64,000 nt of DNA from a virus (lineage: Duplodnaviria > Caudoviricetes). A program made the translations under genes and the position numbers. The notes beneath the pieces were generated by a model. That model ran no database searches, was not told the DNA's origin, and saw nothing but the letters and a program-made list of their open reading frames with translations. Below, one piece after another: positions 1-7,880 of this stretch; within the stretch, counting starts at the first letter, position 1; the number at the start of each line of letters is the position of its first letter. Where the stretch lies: IMG/VR virus record IMGVR_UViG_3300028591_000138, positions 1 through 64,000 of that record; one strand, written 5' to 3'.

Positions 1-126
1 TTCACGCTTGTGGAGAGTCCAACTGTGGACGACCGTCAGGCAGAGCCTGGCCTAAGAAGCAGTGACTCGTTGAAACAAGAAGCGGAAACTTGGGAATCAT
101 AGGATTTCATAAGTTTTCGTGTACGG
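1..126 (+). mobile_element. tnpB: 3' end of a TnpB-encoding element (IS607-like): tnpB C-terminal tail / omegaRNA region and putative right end ...AAGTTTTCGTGTACGG
   Basis: Frame 1 reads FTLVESPTVDDRQAEPGLRSSDSLKQEAETWES* (stop 100-102), resembling the C-terminal tails of phage-borne TnpBs that overlap the omegaRNA; the region ends in GG as IS607-type ends do. Truncated by the window edge. Confidence 0.6.
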
Positions 127-580
127 TTACTATTGTGAGTGGCGTGTCGAGAGCTGCCAGAACGGAAACGTGCTGTACCAGTCGGACAAGCTGGAGGATG
201 TTGTTAATTGGTGCATCAACAATTTTGCACAGTACCAGAAACATCTTGTCGGTCGCCACAGCCAACCTAAGAGATTTGCAAGGTATAATGAAATGGAGAG
301 GATACGGAAAGAGAAACAGGCTGAACTAGCCAAGCAGAGACAGGTGAGCGAGGACACGCTGCGGTCTAATCCGAGAAAACTGTTCTATCCAGACGGCAGG
401 GCTGGCGACATGGAACATGACTGGGATGCCCTGGACTGTGAAAGGGACACGTATAAGGCATATGACGTGCCGAATGAGATTGAGCGGATGGAAGCTGGGA
501 GGAAGATTGAGAGGGAGTGGACTCCCGAGGAACTGGAAGTCGCCAGCAGGTGGGTGGACGATTTCCTGGACGGACAATAG
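119..580 (+). CDS. Hypothetical protein, probably the 3' part of a gene interrupted by the upstream element
   Basis: Open frame; its only start (GTG) lies inside the putative IS end. Confidence 0.55.
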   Translation: MYGYYCEWRVESCQNGNVLYQSDKLEDVVNWCINNFAQYQKHLVGRHSQPKRFARYNEMERIRKEKQAELAKQRQVSEDTLRSNPRKLFYPDGRAGDMEHDWDALDCERDTYKAYDVPNEIERMEAGRKIEREWTPEELEVASRWVDDFLDGQ

Positions 581-627
581 TGAACTACACCGAAACTAAA
601 GATTTCGAGGTTTTCTTGAAAAAATAT
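580..627 (-). mobile_element. 48-bp miniature IS200/IS605 derivative (right and left ends fused through the shared hairpin; PATE-like)
   Basis: 580-607 is identical to 58241-58268 (GTGAACTACACCGAAACTAAAGATTTCG). The following GGTTTTCTTGAAA matches 59623-59635, and ATAAA (TTTAT target on the minus strand) follows at the same spacing. Confidence 0.85.
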
Positions 628-642
628 ATAAACTATGACACA

Positions 643-681
643 TAAAAAAAGCGAGCCTTTGATTATTTTGGTTCGCTTTTT
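643..681. terminator. Bidirectional intrinsic terminator between convergent genes
   Basis: A-run + GCGAGCC...GGTTCGC + T-run. Confidence 0.6.
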
Positions 682-693
682 TGTTTTTTTGTT

Positions 694-1203
694 CTAGTTT
701 TCTTTCTTGATGTAGTATCCGCATTGGTCGTTGTTGAAAAGGAGTTGGAGTCTCGGGTATCTTTCCAGAACATTCTCTGGGGTGAGGTCTGGCTGTTGGT
801 GAATCTCGTAAGTGTTGCCGTAGATAGCGTCCTGTTCGTACATATAGGGGAGAGCCACAACCAGATTGTCGCATCTGTCGTACGCATAGTCCAGAACTTT
901 CTGGGCGTCTTCCACAGCGAGATGCTCCAGTATATCGCCGAATATAATCAGATTATAATGGTTATATGTTAAATCCCTGATATCCGAGAAGAATACTATT
1001 CTGTATTTCTCCCTGAGGTTGTGGTCGGTGATGTTCGGCTCGAAGGCTTCCACCGCATCGATATTCCTGAATTTATCGTGGAGCAGGTTCCAATACGTAC
1101 CGCACCCAGCTCCCACGTCGAGGATGGTGATATCTTTGGCGAAGTTGTCGTAAATCCACTTTTTGATATCTTCCTTGAAATAGTGCATTGAAGTTCCGTG
1201 CAT
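694..1203 (-). CDS. Class I SAM-dependent methyltransferase
   Basis: ILDVGAGCG motif I, DAVEAF motif II, IIFGDILEHL motif. Confidence 0.85.
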   Translation of the reverse strand: MHGTSMHYFKEDIKKWIYDNFAKDITILDVGAGCGTYWNLLHDKFRNIDAVEAFEPNITDHNLREKYRIVFFSDIRDLTYNHYNLIIFGDILEHLAVEDAQKVLDYAYDRCDNLVVALPYMYEQDAIYGNTYEIHQQPDLTPENVLERYPRLQLLFNNDQCGYYIKKEN

Positions 1204-1220
1204 TTTTTTTGAGTTTATGA

Positions 1221-1228
1221 TATTTATA
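1221..1228 (+). promoter_or_regulatory. Putative late promoter TATTTATA (representative copy)
   Basis: The same octamer lies just upstream of plus-strand, mostly virion or tagged, genes at 5554, 7817, 10042, 28469, 35164, 36506, 38943, 42379, 42963, 45048, 47778, 49930, 54408 and 56041. Confidence 0.65.
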
Positions 1229-1260
1229 ATTATATAATATTATAAATATTTGATTTATAA

Positions 1261-1854
1261 ATGCAAAAAAAAATAAGACTGACTGAAAGTGATTTAAGGA
1301 ACCTGGTCGCCGAGGCTATAAGCGAGATGGATTATTCCACGCTGTATCATGCCAAGCGCAAGGGTAATGATACGATTCTTCCAAAACCGCGTAACACCTA
1401 TTCCGATTATGACAAATTATCGTTTTACGACGTTGAGGAGGCGTTAAACGTGGTGCGCGATGCGTTGCAGAGATATAGTGGAGGCGAACCAAGGGTGGAA
1501 GGCACCAGTGGACAGGCTAGAGCGCTTTTACCACTGCTTGACAAGATTGAGGCTTTCTTTGAGAGGAAAAAAACCCAGGGCGGAAACTTGGAACATTTCG
1601 GTAATGAATATGGCGACAGGGCTAGGGAGGAGTTTTTCGCTGCCATGGCTAAGAAATATCCAGGAAAGTTCAAGAGACTCGGTCGCGAAAGCTGGAACGA
1701 CACGGATTTCTACGCCAGCGACGATGACGAGTCGTTCAACACTTATATCGACAACGACTTGGAGGATGTGATGAACTCGTTGTCCCCGCAGGCTAGGAGT
1801 TACTTTGAACATGAAGGTCTTCCGACTGACTACGAGCCACAATATAGAAGATAA
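1261..1854 (+). CDS. LTES-tag protein (putative internal head/cargo protein)
   Basis: N-terminus MQKKIRLTESDLRNLVAEAISE. Confidence 0.75.
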   Translation: MQKKIRLTESDLRNLVAEAISEMDYSTLYHAKRKGNDTILPKPRNTYSDYDKLSFYDVEEALNVVRDALQRYSGGEPRVEGTSGQARALLPLLDKIEAFFERKKTQGGNLEHFGNEYGDRAREEFFAAMAKKYPGKFKRLGRESWNDTDFYASDDDESFNTYIDNDLEDVMNSLSPQARSYFEHEGLPTDYEPQYRR

Positions 1855-1878
1855 TTAAAATTAAATCCAAATATTACT

Positions 1879-2463
1879 ATGAAGAAAGTTATAACACTCA
1901 CCGAAAGTGAACTGAAAGGCATGATAAACGAAGCTATGAACGAGATACTCGGCTTCGGAAACGACCAGATGAACACCTACCGCCCCAGCGACAGATTTGC
2001 AAAGAAAGACGGCGGACTCTCGCAAGGTGCTAGCAGCGCCCCTAACAACTCCAGCATCTTCGACGACATGGCAAAGGGTAAGATGTGGGACAGGTTGAAA
2101 GGCGCGTGGGCTGGATTCAAACAGGGTCGCGACAGTATGGACAGAACCGCTGATGTTGCGCGTCCGTATCAGGATTCAGCTGACAGAGTTCACGCCAAGA
2201 TGAACGCCACCAAGGGAAGTGCCCAGAACATGGTAAAGACTCACGGACTTGCCAGAGACCTTGGCAACACCGTGAAAAACGATGTGAAGAGCTACGAGAT
2301 GAACAACAAGCAGGTCGACCAGGCTGTTGAAATGCTTGGCAATGATATTGAACGACGTCCAGAGGCTTTCGGTCTGCAGCGTCAAGCAGCTCCCGAGGCA
2401 GCACCAGAGTACAGTGCTGTAAGCGAGGCTGTAAACCGCGCAATCCGTAAATATTTAAAATAA
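1879..2463 (+). CDS. LTES-tag protein with C-terminal EAVNRAIRKYLK tag
   Basis: N-terminus MKKVITLTESELKGMINEAMNE; shared C-terminal motif. Confidence 0.75.
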   Translation: MKKVITLTESELKGMINEAMNEILGFGNDQMNTYRPSDRFAKKDGGLSQGASSAPNNSSIFDDMAKGKMWDRLKGAWAGFKQGRDSMDRTADVARPYQDSADRVHAKMNATKGSAQNMVKTHGLARDLGNTVKNDVKSYEMNNKQVDQAVEMLGNDIERRPEAFGLQRQAAPEAAPEYSAVSEAVNRAIRKYLK

Positions 2464-2488
2464 TTGAATAGAAACAATTTTTAGTAAT

Positions 2489-2887
2489 ATGAAACGGATA
2501 ATCAGACTCACGGAAAGCGAAATTAAAAATTTGATTAAAAAGTGTTTATTGGAATCCCAATATATGTCAGATGAGGATATTGCCAACCAATATTCCGATA
2601 TGGAAATAACCCATTTCACATTGAACCCATTAAAACACGATGAGGGATGGAAAGGTACATTTGAATTACAATTCCCAAACGCGGACGATATTGACTATGA
2701 CAGTAGTATGGTTAATGGTTTTATTGTGTATGATAAAGAAGGTGAGAAAATTGCCTGGGATAATTGGATGCCAGATGAGCAAACCCATAAATTAGAAGCA
2801 ATAATCAAGGATGAAATTAAAAAGAGACTGTCAAACAATATTTTAAATGAAGCCATTACCCGCGCAATTCGTAAATTTTTGAAATAA
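2489..2887 (+). CDS. LTES-tag protein with C-terminal EAITRAIRKFLK tag
   Basis: N-terminus MKRIIRLTESEIKNLIKKCLLE; shared C-terminal motif. Confidence 0.75.
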   Translation: MKRIIRLTESEIKNLIKKCLLESQYMSDEDIANQYSDMEITHFTLNPLKHDEGWKGTFELQFPNADDIDYDSSMVNGFIVYDKEGEKIAWDNWMPDEQTHKLEAIIKDEIKKRLSNNILNEAITRAIRKFLK

Positions 2888-2945
2888 GCCATGAACTATA
2901 ATCCAAGTCAAAATAACCAATAAATACATACCAATTCACAAACTA

Positions 2946-2976
2946 GGCGGAGTTGTTTAACGACTCCGCTTTTTTT
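2946..2976 (+). terminator. Intrinsic terminator
   Basis: GCGGAGTTG..CGACTCCGC + T-run. Confidence 0.7.
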
Positions 2977-3045
2977 GTTGTGAGAAAAACGAAAGACTTT
3001 GTATTTATTATTATATAAAATTAATAATCGCGATTTAATAACAAA

Positions 3046-5028
3046 ATGGATAATATGGACAACATCGAGACACAAGGCATCCAGGGGTTGCAGGGAGCCC
3101 AAGGTCTGCAGGGTTTGCAAGGCGTTCAGGGAACCCAGGGTACGCAGGGTGTCCAGGGGTTGCAAGGTGTCCGTGGTAAACAAGGCAAGATAGGCCCGAC
3201 TGGAGCCAAGGGTTCGGACGGTCTGCGCGGTGTACAGGGTGTACAGGGCGACAGAGGTCCTACAGGTATCCAGGGTACGCGTGGTTGTAACGGTCTGCAG
3301 GGTGCCGAGGGTATGCTTGGCGTGCAGGGTGTGCAAGGTAAGAGCGGTAGTGCTGGTCTGCAGGGTACTCGTGGTTGTAACGGTGCCCAGGGCGCCGACG
3401 GTATGACTGGTGTCCAGGGTATACAGGGTCGCAAGGGTCTGCAGGGTTTCAACGGCTTGATGGGTGTACAGGGTGAACCTGGCTCGCAAGGTTCACAGGG
3501 TCTCAGAGGTCCTGCTGGCGCCCGCGGCGAGATGGGTTATCAGGGTGACGACGGTGAGATTGGGATACAGGGACTTGTGGGTGAGGACGGAGCCATTTGG
3601 GAAGATGGTGTTAGGTTGAGCGGATATAACACCCACCTGTTCGAGTTTGATGGCACTGAAGGTAAATTTGTTTCCAAGAACACTTCGACAACTGATTTGC
3701 TGTATATACGAAACGGTGCCAGGATTCAAATCTGGCTTGACCAGGATGCTTATGACTCCATAGAGGAGACTGGAAATATCATAATAGACCGTCTGGAAAG
3801 CGGTACTCTGATTGAAACTTCATATCCTGTGTACTATGCAGGGGACACTCCGTTAATCGGAATGATTGACCCCGAGGCTGATATCGACTCCGTCATAGAG
3901 CTGGTGTACAGGGAAGAGGCGTGGTACTATAACGGCGGTCTGATTGCTTCGGCTTATGCTGGAAGCAATTCCATAGCCATAGACGGCAAGGAGATTTCTG
4001 TCCGTCGTTCTGAAAGTGACGGCAATTCCCTCCAGATACTTGACGACGGTTTATTCGTCAGCACAGCTGAGGGTGTCAAAATCATAAACGTTGAAATCGT
4101 TGACCTGACGGAAGAAAGTGGCACGACCTACTGGGCGGTCAATCCAGAGAACGTGCGTGTGAGGGTTCGTCCAATCAGCACCTGGGGGACTTATGAGGAT
4201 GAAGATGGCAACCAGTACACGGAAGACTATGTCAATGCAATTGAGGGTGGTCACAGATACATTGTAATCACCACGTCTGACAAACACATGCACTGGGTGG
4301 AGAACGACAATACGTCCGACACACATGTCGACAGTTTCAGTGTCGTTGACATTCCAGAGACTCAGGAGGAACCAGCTCATCAGGTTCTGAGAATAACCCT
4401 TAACGACAGTTCCACTTCCCCGACAACCTTTGACGTCAATGTGAACGACATCGCCGTTCATGTAGACAACGCCGAGATACACTACAACGAGGAAGAGGAC
4501 GAACTTGTTGTTACACAGGACGGTATTCTCACACAAGATGTTATTAACACGCTTCTTGGTTATATAGACGGGTACGACTGCGGTCTGTATGAAGACCCTC
4601 CGATTGAGATGAGTCTGGAGATGCCGAGCGGTATGGGATATGGTGATTATCGCTATGACCTGTTCAATGAAGACGACCAGCTGTTGAGGTACACCATTAC
4701 AATGGAAGACCACACTGGAAGTAGTAATAACATGGCTGACCGCCAATATATATTCACCGCTCCAGAGGGTCGTAGGATAAAAGTGACATTGGTCTCGCAA
4801 AACTTCAATCCTGATTATTCACAGACAAACCTACGTTATCAGGCTTTGTATCTGACCAACGAAGAAACCGCAAGTTCCGCAACCTATGACGAAATGTGGG
4901 ATTACAACACCCCAGTCGACCAGGTGTTTATAACTGACGGTAATACCTGTTCGGTAAGGTTTCATGTCGAGTACTTGACAACTTGGACAGACCTTTTCAC
5001 TATAATAGTTGAATGCAAACCGATTTAG
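3046..5028 (+). CDS. Collagen-like fibre/decoration protein with acidic C-terminal region (possibly CUB-like last domain)
   Basis: About 55 G-X-Y triplets (QG-rich) at the N-terminus; internal YDCGLY motif; FTAPEGRRIKVT...SVRFH resembles a CUB-type beta-sandwich. Confidence 0.8.
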   Translation: MDNMDNIETQGIQGLQGAQGLQGLQGVQGTQGTQGVQGLQGVRGKQGKIGPTGAKGSDGLRGVQGVQGDRGPTGIQGTRGCNGLQGAEGMLGVQGVQGKSGSAGLQGTRGCNGAQGADGMTGVQGIQGRKGLQGFNGLMGVQGEPGSQGSQGLRGPAGARGEMGYQGDDGEIGIQGLVGEDGAIWEDGVRLSGYNTHLFEFDGTEGKFVSKNTSTTDLLYIRNGARIQIWLDQDAYDSIEETGNIIIDRLESGTLIETSYPVYYAGDTPLIGMIDPEADIDSVIELVYREEAWYYNGGLIASAYAGSNSIAIDGKEISVRRSESDGNSLQILDDGLFVSTAEGVKIINVEIVDLTEESGTTYWAVNPENVRVRVRPISTWGTYEDEDGNQYTEDYVNAIEGGHRYIVITTSDKHMHWVENDNTSDTHVDSFSVVDIPETQEEPAHQVLRITLNDSSTSPTTFDVNVNDIAVHVDNAEIHYNEEEDELVVTQDGILTQDVINTLLGYIDGYDCGLYEDPPIEMSLEMPSGMGYGDYRYDLFNEDDQLLRYTITMEDHTGSSNNMADRQYIFTAPEGRRIKVTLVSQNFNPDYSQTNLRYQALYLTNEETASSATYDEMWDYNTPVDQVFITDGNTCSVRFHVEYLTTWTDLFTIIVECKPI

Positions 5029-5054
5029 TTTGAAAGTGGCATCTAATTAAAAAC

Positions 5055-5086
5055 AGCGCAGTCGTATTGCTCGGCTGCGTTTTTTG
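5055..5086 (+). terminator. Intrinsic terminator
   Basis: GCGCAGTCG..CGGCTGCGT + T-run. Confidence 0.65.
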
Positions 5087-5170
5087 TTTTACCAAAATCG
5101 CTATAGTTTTTGCTTTTTGACAATATTATATATTATATTGTTTAACATAATAATAGAAATAATTTCAAAT

Positions 5171-5416
5171 ATGAAAAACTCTACTTTGGTTTTATACGGG
5201 CTCCTGATTGGTGCGTGCGCCCTATTGTGGGGTCTCATTGGGTGGAAGGTGTCCCTTTTGTGTTTCGGTCTGTTCCACCTCTGTATGTGGGTGAATGTTA
5301 CAATGACAACCCTCTCCAACGCCCTTGTCGGCAGAACTGTCTCGGAAAACGACGCCTGGTACCGAATCCTCTGCATAATCATAGGGTGTGTCTGTGTGGC
5401 AATTGTAATAATTTAG
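5171..5416 (+). CDS. Small membrane protein (about 3 TM helices)
   Basis: Hydrophobic stretches; ATG at 5171 preferred over the upstream TTG. Confidence 0.65.
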   Translation: MKNSTLVLYGLLIGACALLWGLIGWKVSLLCFGLFHLCMWVNVTMTTLSNALVGRTVSENDAWYRILCIIIGCVCVAIVII

Positions 5417-5496
5417 AAGTTAATTTAATACAATGAGAAGCTTAAAAAAGTTGAAAGGGGATGGTTGGGATAACAACAGAAGATAATAAACCTATT

Positions 5497-7318
5497 CAAA
5501 TGTAGTCAAAAATGTTCAAAAATAACTCGTATAAATATATTATAGTTTAAGACTATTTATATAATGAAACGAAAGTGAGGAGTCGTTTCAAAATAACAAT
5601 AAAGATATACAGAGGTTTTATCCTTGATGGCACTCCTCACATTACTGCCGCAAGTTTAATGCCTCTTTTTTGTTATAATATGGTCATAGACAGCAAATAC
5701 ACAAAAACATTCAAGTCAAACGACTTAACCCGTCAGAAGTATGACGAGCTGCATTCTTTTGCTGTTATGCTGCGTGACCACAAGAACCTTGTTTCCGAAT
5801 ATGTCAACTCTAATCTTGAACACTACCTTGAGTATTCCAAACTTGACTTCTTGAAGGAAATGCGTGCAAGGTACAAGGATGTCATTCCGAGTTCGTTTGA
5901 TGTTCAGTTATACACCCAAGTGTTCAACTGCTATCAGAACAAGTTTGAAGCAATCCGCAAGCATCTTGACTTTGAAGTTGTAAGATTTGTTGGTTTTGAG
6001 TTCTACAAGCGTGACACCAAAAAGAACAAGAAAGGCGACTTGAAAAAGGTTGTGACAGAAAAGTCAAAAACACCTCTAACAATATGTCTAACATACCTTG
6101 CAAGGTACGGAAACGAGAACACGCTTGACTATATCGCAAAGCAGTTGGAGACCTGCGATGAAAAGAAACGTGAGTTTTACAACAACATACTGCGTTGTTG
6201 TGAGAAATTCGGTTTTGAACGTCTGTTTGAACTCGCTTTGCGTAAACGTAACAGAATCATAAAACGGTATTCTGAATATCCGATTGAGTTCAAGTCCTTG
6301 TCATTCGGGGGAAGGTGCAGAAAAACAAGAATCATTGACTACAACAAGAAGTTCGGTTCAGTCATCAACTCCTTTGTTAGTCTGTCTGGAATCGGAAGAA
6401 AGTCGTTTGATATTCCCGTTAAGTTTAACAAGGATTGGCACGGCAGTATGAGAGACTACAGCAAAACAAATCCCGACTATGAGTATGTGCTTACGTTCAA
6501 CGAAAAATACCATCAAGTGAACATCAACTTGTGCAAGGACGGAGAGAGGTATATACCAGAAGCGGGTGACAATGTTGTTGGTATTGACGTTAATTGCAAG
6601 CACAACTTGTTCAGTCTTTCAAACGAGACAACTTATGATTACAATCGACAACTTGTAAACGACTTCTGCAAACTCTCGTTGAAAGTGGACGAACTAAAAA
6701 AGGACAAGAACTACACCATCGGCAAGCGCAAGCAGCAGAAACTTGACACCTTGAAGATGAAGATGCTGAAATCCGAGCAACAACTCATTTCAAGTATGTG
6801 CAAGGAACTGATGATGGATGGTGTGAACCACATCGTTATGGAAGACCTTGACAACGGATTTGGAAGGTGCTACGTCAAAGACAAGGATAATGAGGATATT
6901 AACTACAACAGAAAGGTCAAGTTTCTTGGATTGTCATCCTTGAAGCAGGAGGCTGAACACATTGCAAGAAAATATGGTATTGCATTGTCAACTGTGCAGG
7001 CGAGTTACACAAGCAAAATGTGTCCGATTTGCGGTTGCATTACCGATGAGAACAGACCCAACCAAGAAACCTTTGAATGTGTTGAGTGCGGGCATAAGGA
7101 CAACGCCGACTTCAACGCATCCAAGAACATAATGAACAGAGTGACCGTAACCGTGTTACGTGATTCGCTCTTAAAACGACTTGGCAACGGCGCATACGAA
7201 CCGAGAAAACTGAAAAGGGAGAAGGTGAAGGATGTGCTGCTGTCATTCCGAAGAGACTTGCAGAAAGCAAGTGGTGAATATAGTGAAAATAACAACTTGA
7301 ATACTTTTGACTATGTTT
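5497..7318 (+). mobile_element. Transposase-less TnpB element with imperfect terminal inverted repeats, inserted near the 5' end of a phage gene
   Basis: Left AAATGTAGTCAAAAATGTTCAA versus reverse-complemented right AAACATAGTCAAAAGTATTCAA (18/22). Removing 5497-7318 joins MVGITTEDNKPI (ATG 5461) in frame to SSSETSTVEVFAKE... Confidence 0.65.
5565..5676 (+). ncRNA. Candidate structured 5' leader RNA: two hairpins with complementary loops (kissing loop/pseudoknot)
   Basis: Stem TGAAACGA/TCGTTTCA with loop GTGAGGAG (5575-5582); long stem AGAGGT..CTTG.TGGCA/TGCCG CAAG..GCCTCT with loop CTCCTCAC (5633-5640); starts just after TATTTATA at 5554. Confidence 0.55.
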
Positions 7319-7320
7319 AG
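5680..7320 (+). CDS. tnpB: RNA-guided endonuclease TnpB family, long variant (546 aa)
   Basis: RuvC-I VVGIDVN, RuvC-II IVMEDL, Zn finger CPICG...CVECG, RuvC-III DNADFNASKNI all intact; ATG 5680 preferred. Confidence 0.9.
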   Translation: MVIDSKYTKTFKSNDLTRQKYDELHSFAVMLRDHKNLVSEYVNSNLEHYLEYSKLDFLKEMRARYKDVIPSSFDVQLYTQVFNCYQNKFEAIRKHLDFEVVRFVGFEFYKRDTKKNKKGDLKKVVTEKSKTPLTICLTYLARYGNENTLDYIAKQLETCDEKKREFYNNILRCCEKFGFERLFELALRKRNRIIKRYSEYPIEFKSLSFGGRCRKTRIIDYNKKFGSVINSFVSLSGIGRKSFDIPVKFNKDWHGSMRDYSKTNPDYEYVLTFNEKYHQVNINLCKDGERYIPEAGDNVVGIDVNCKHNLFSLSNETTYDYNRQLVNDFCKLSLKVDELKKDKNYTIGKRKQQKLDTLKMKMLKSEQQLISSMCKELMMDGVNHIVMEDLDNGFGRCYVKDKDNEDINYNRKVKFLGLSSLKQEAEHIARKYGIALSTVQASYTSKMCPICGCITDENRPNQETFECVECGHKDNADFNASKNIMNRVTVTVLRDSLLKRLGNGAYEPRKLKREKVKDVLLSFRRDLQKASGEYSENNNLNTFDYV

Positions 7321-7654
7321 TTCTTCGGAAACCTCAACCGTTGAAGTGTTTGCCAAGGAATATCCTTTCCTTGAGAAATGTATGAAATATTTGAACTGGG
7401 GGGGGGATAAGGTAAGCGTGTTTGTCAAACACAAAGAAGGCGAAACAACATATATGCTGTTGTTGTACACCGAGAAACGCGAATACCAAATTATCGTGAC
7501 CTCGACGTATATGGGCTGCCAAACGGATTGTCGATATCACCGTCCGTTGGAGGATTGGACTCGCGGTCGAGACCTGGCTGATGGCAAATGTAACGAGGAG
7601 ACGTTTAGACGCATACTATGCGATATCATCAGCACGGAACTGGTTGCACTGTAA
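7313..7654 (+). CDS. Hypothetical protein (3' part of the interrupted gene, restarted by an ATG in the element end)
   Basis: ATG TTT in the right inverted repeat is in frame with the downstream ORF. Confidence 0.65.
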   Translation: MFSSSETSTVEVFAKEYPFLEKCMKYLNWGGDKVSVFVKHKEGETTYMLLLYTEKREYQIIVTSTYMGCQTDCRYHRPLEDWTRGRDLADGKCNEETFRRILCDIISTELVAL

Positions 7655-7685
7655 CTTATTAAAAAAAAACTTACATGATATTTAT

Positions 7686-7745
7686 AATAATATTTCGAGA
7701 AAACTCCGAAATCTTTAGTTTCGGAGATGAATTGAACTAACCTTG
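7686..7745 (+). mobile_element. Solo left end of the IS605-type element, with the last tnpA codons
   Basis: Reverse complement matches 59582-59635 (CAAGGTTAG..TCAATTCATC(T/C)CCGAAACT.AAGATTTCGG.GTTTTCT.GAAA); preceded by TTTAT at 7681-7685. Confidence 0.75.
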
Positions 7746-7880
7746 CAATATCAATATAATTGAAAAAAAATCGTCTTCGGAAATATAATTCTTGGGACGG
7801 TTTTCTTTTAAGGCAATATTTATATAATATAAACAAAAAACAAACAAATTAATAATAACAAAATTAATCTAGATTAAGTT

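Noticed and set aside
5575-5679. 35-aa N-terminal extension of TnpB from GTG 5575
   Set aside because: The region is better explained as a structured leader; ATG 5680 follows a typical AT-rich initiation context
7686-7745. IS hairpin as the right end of the 5680 TnpB element
   Set aside because: It matches the left end of the other (58241-59641) family, points away from this tnpB and is separated from it by a phage gene
5575-7800. Type V CRISPR-Cas (Cas12f) locus
   Set aside because: No repeat-spacer array or cas1/2/4 nearby; kept as TnpB-family
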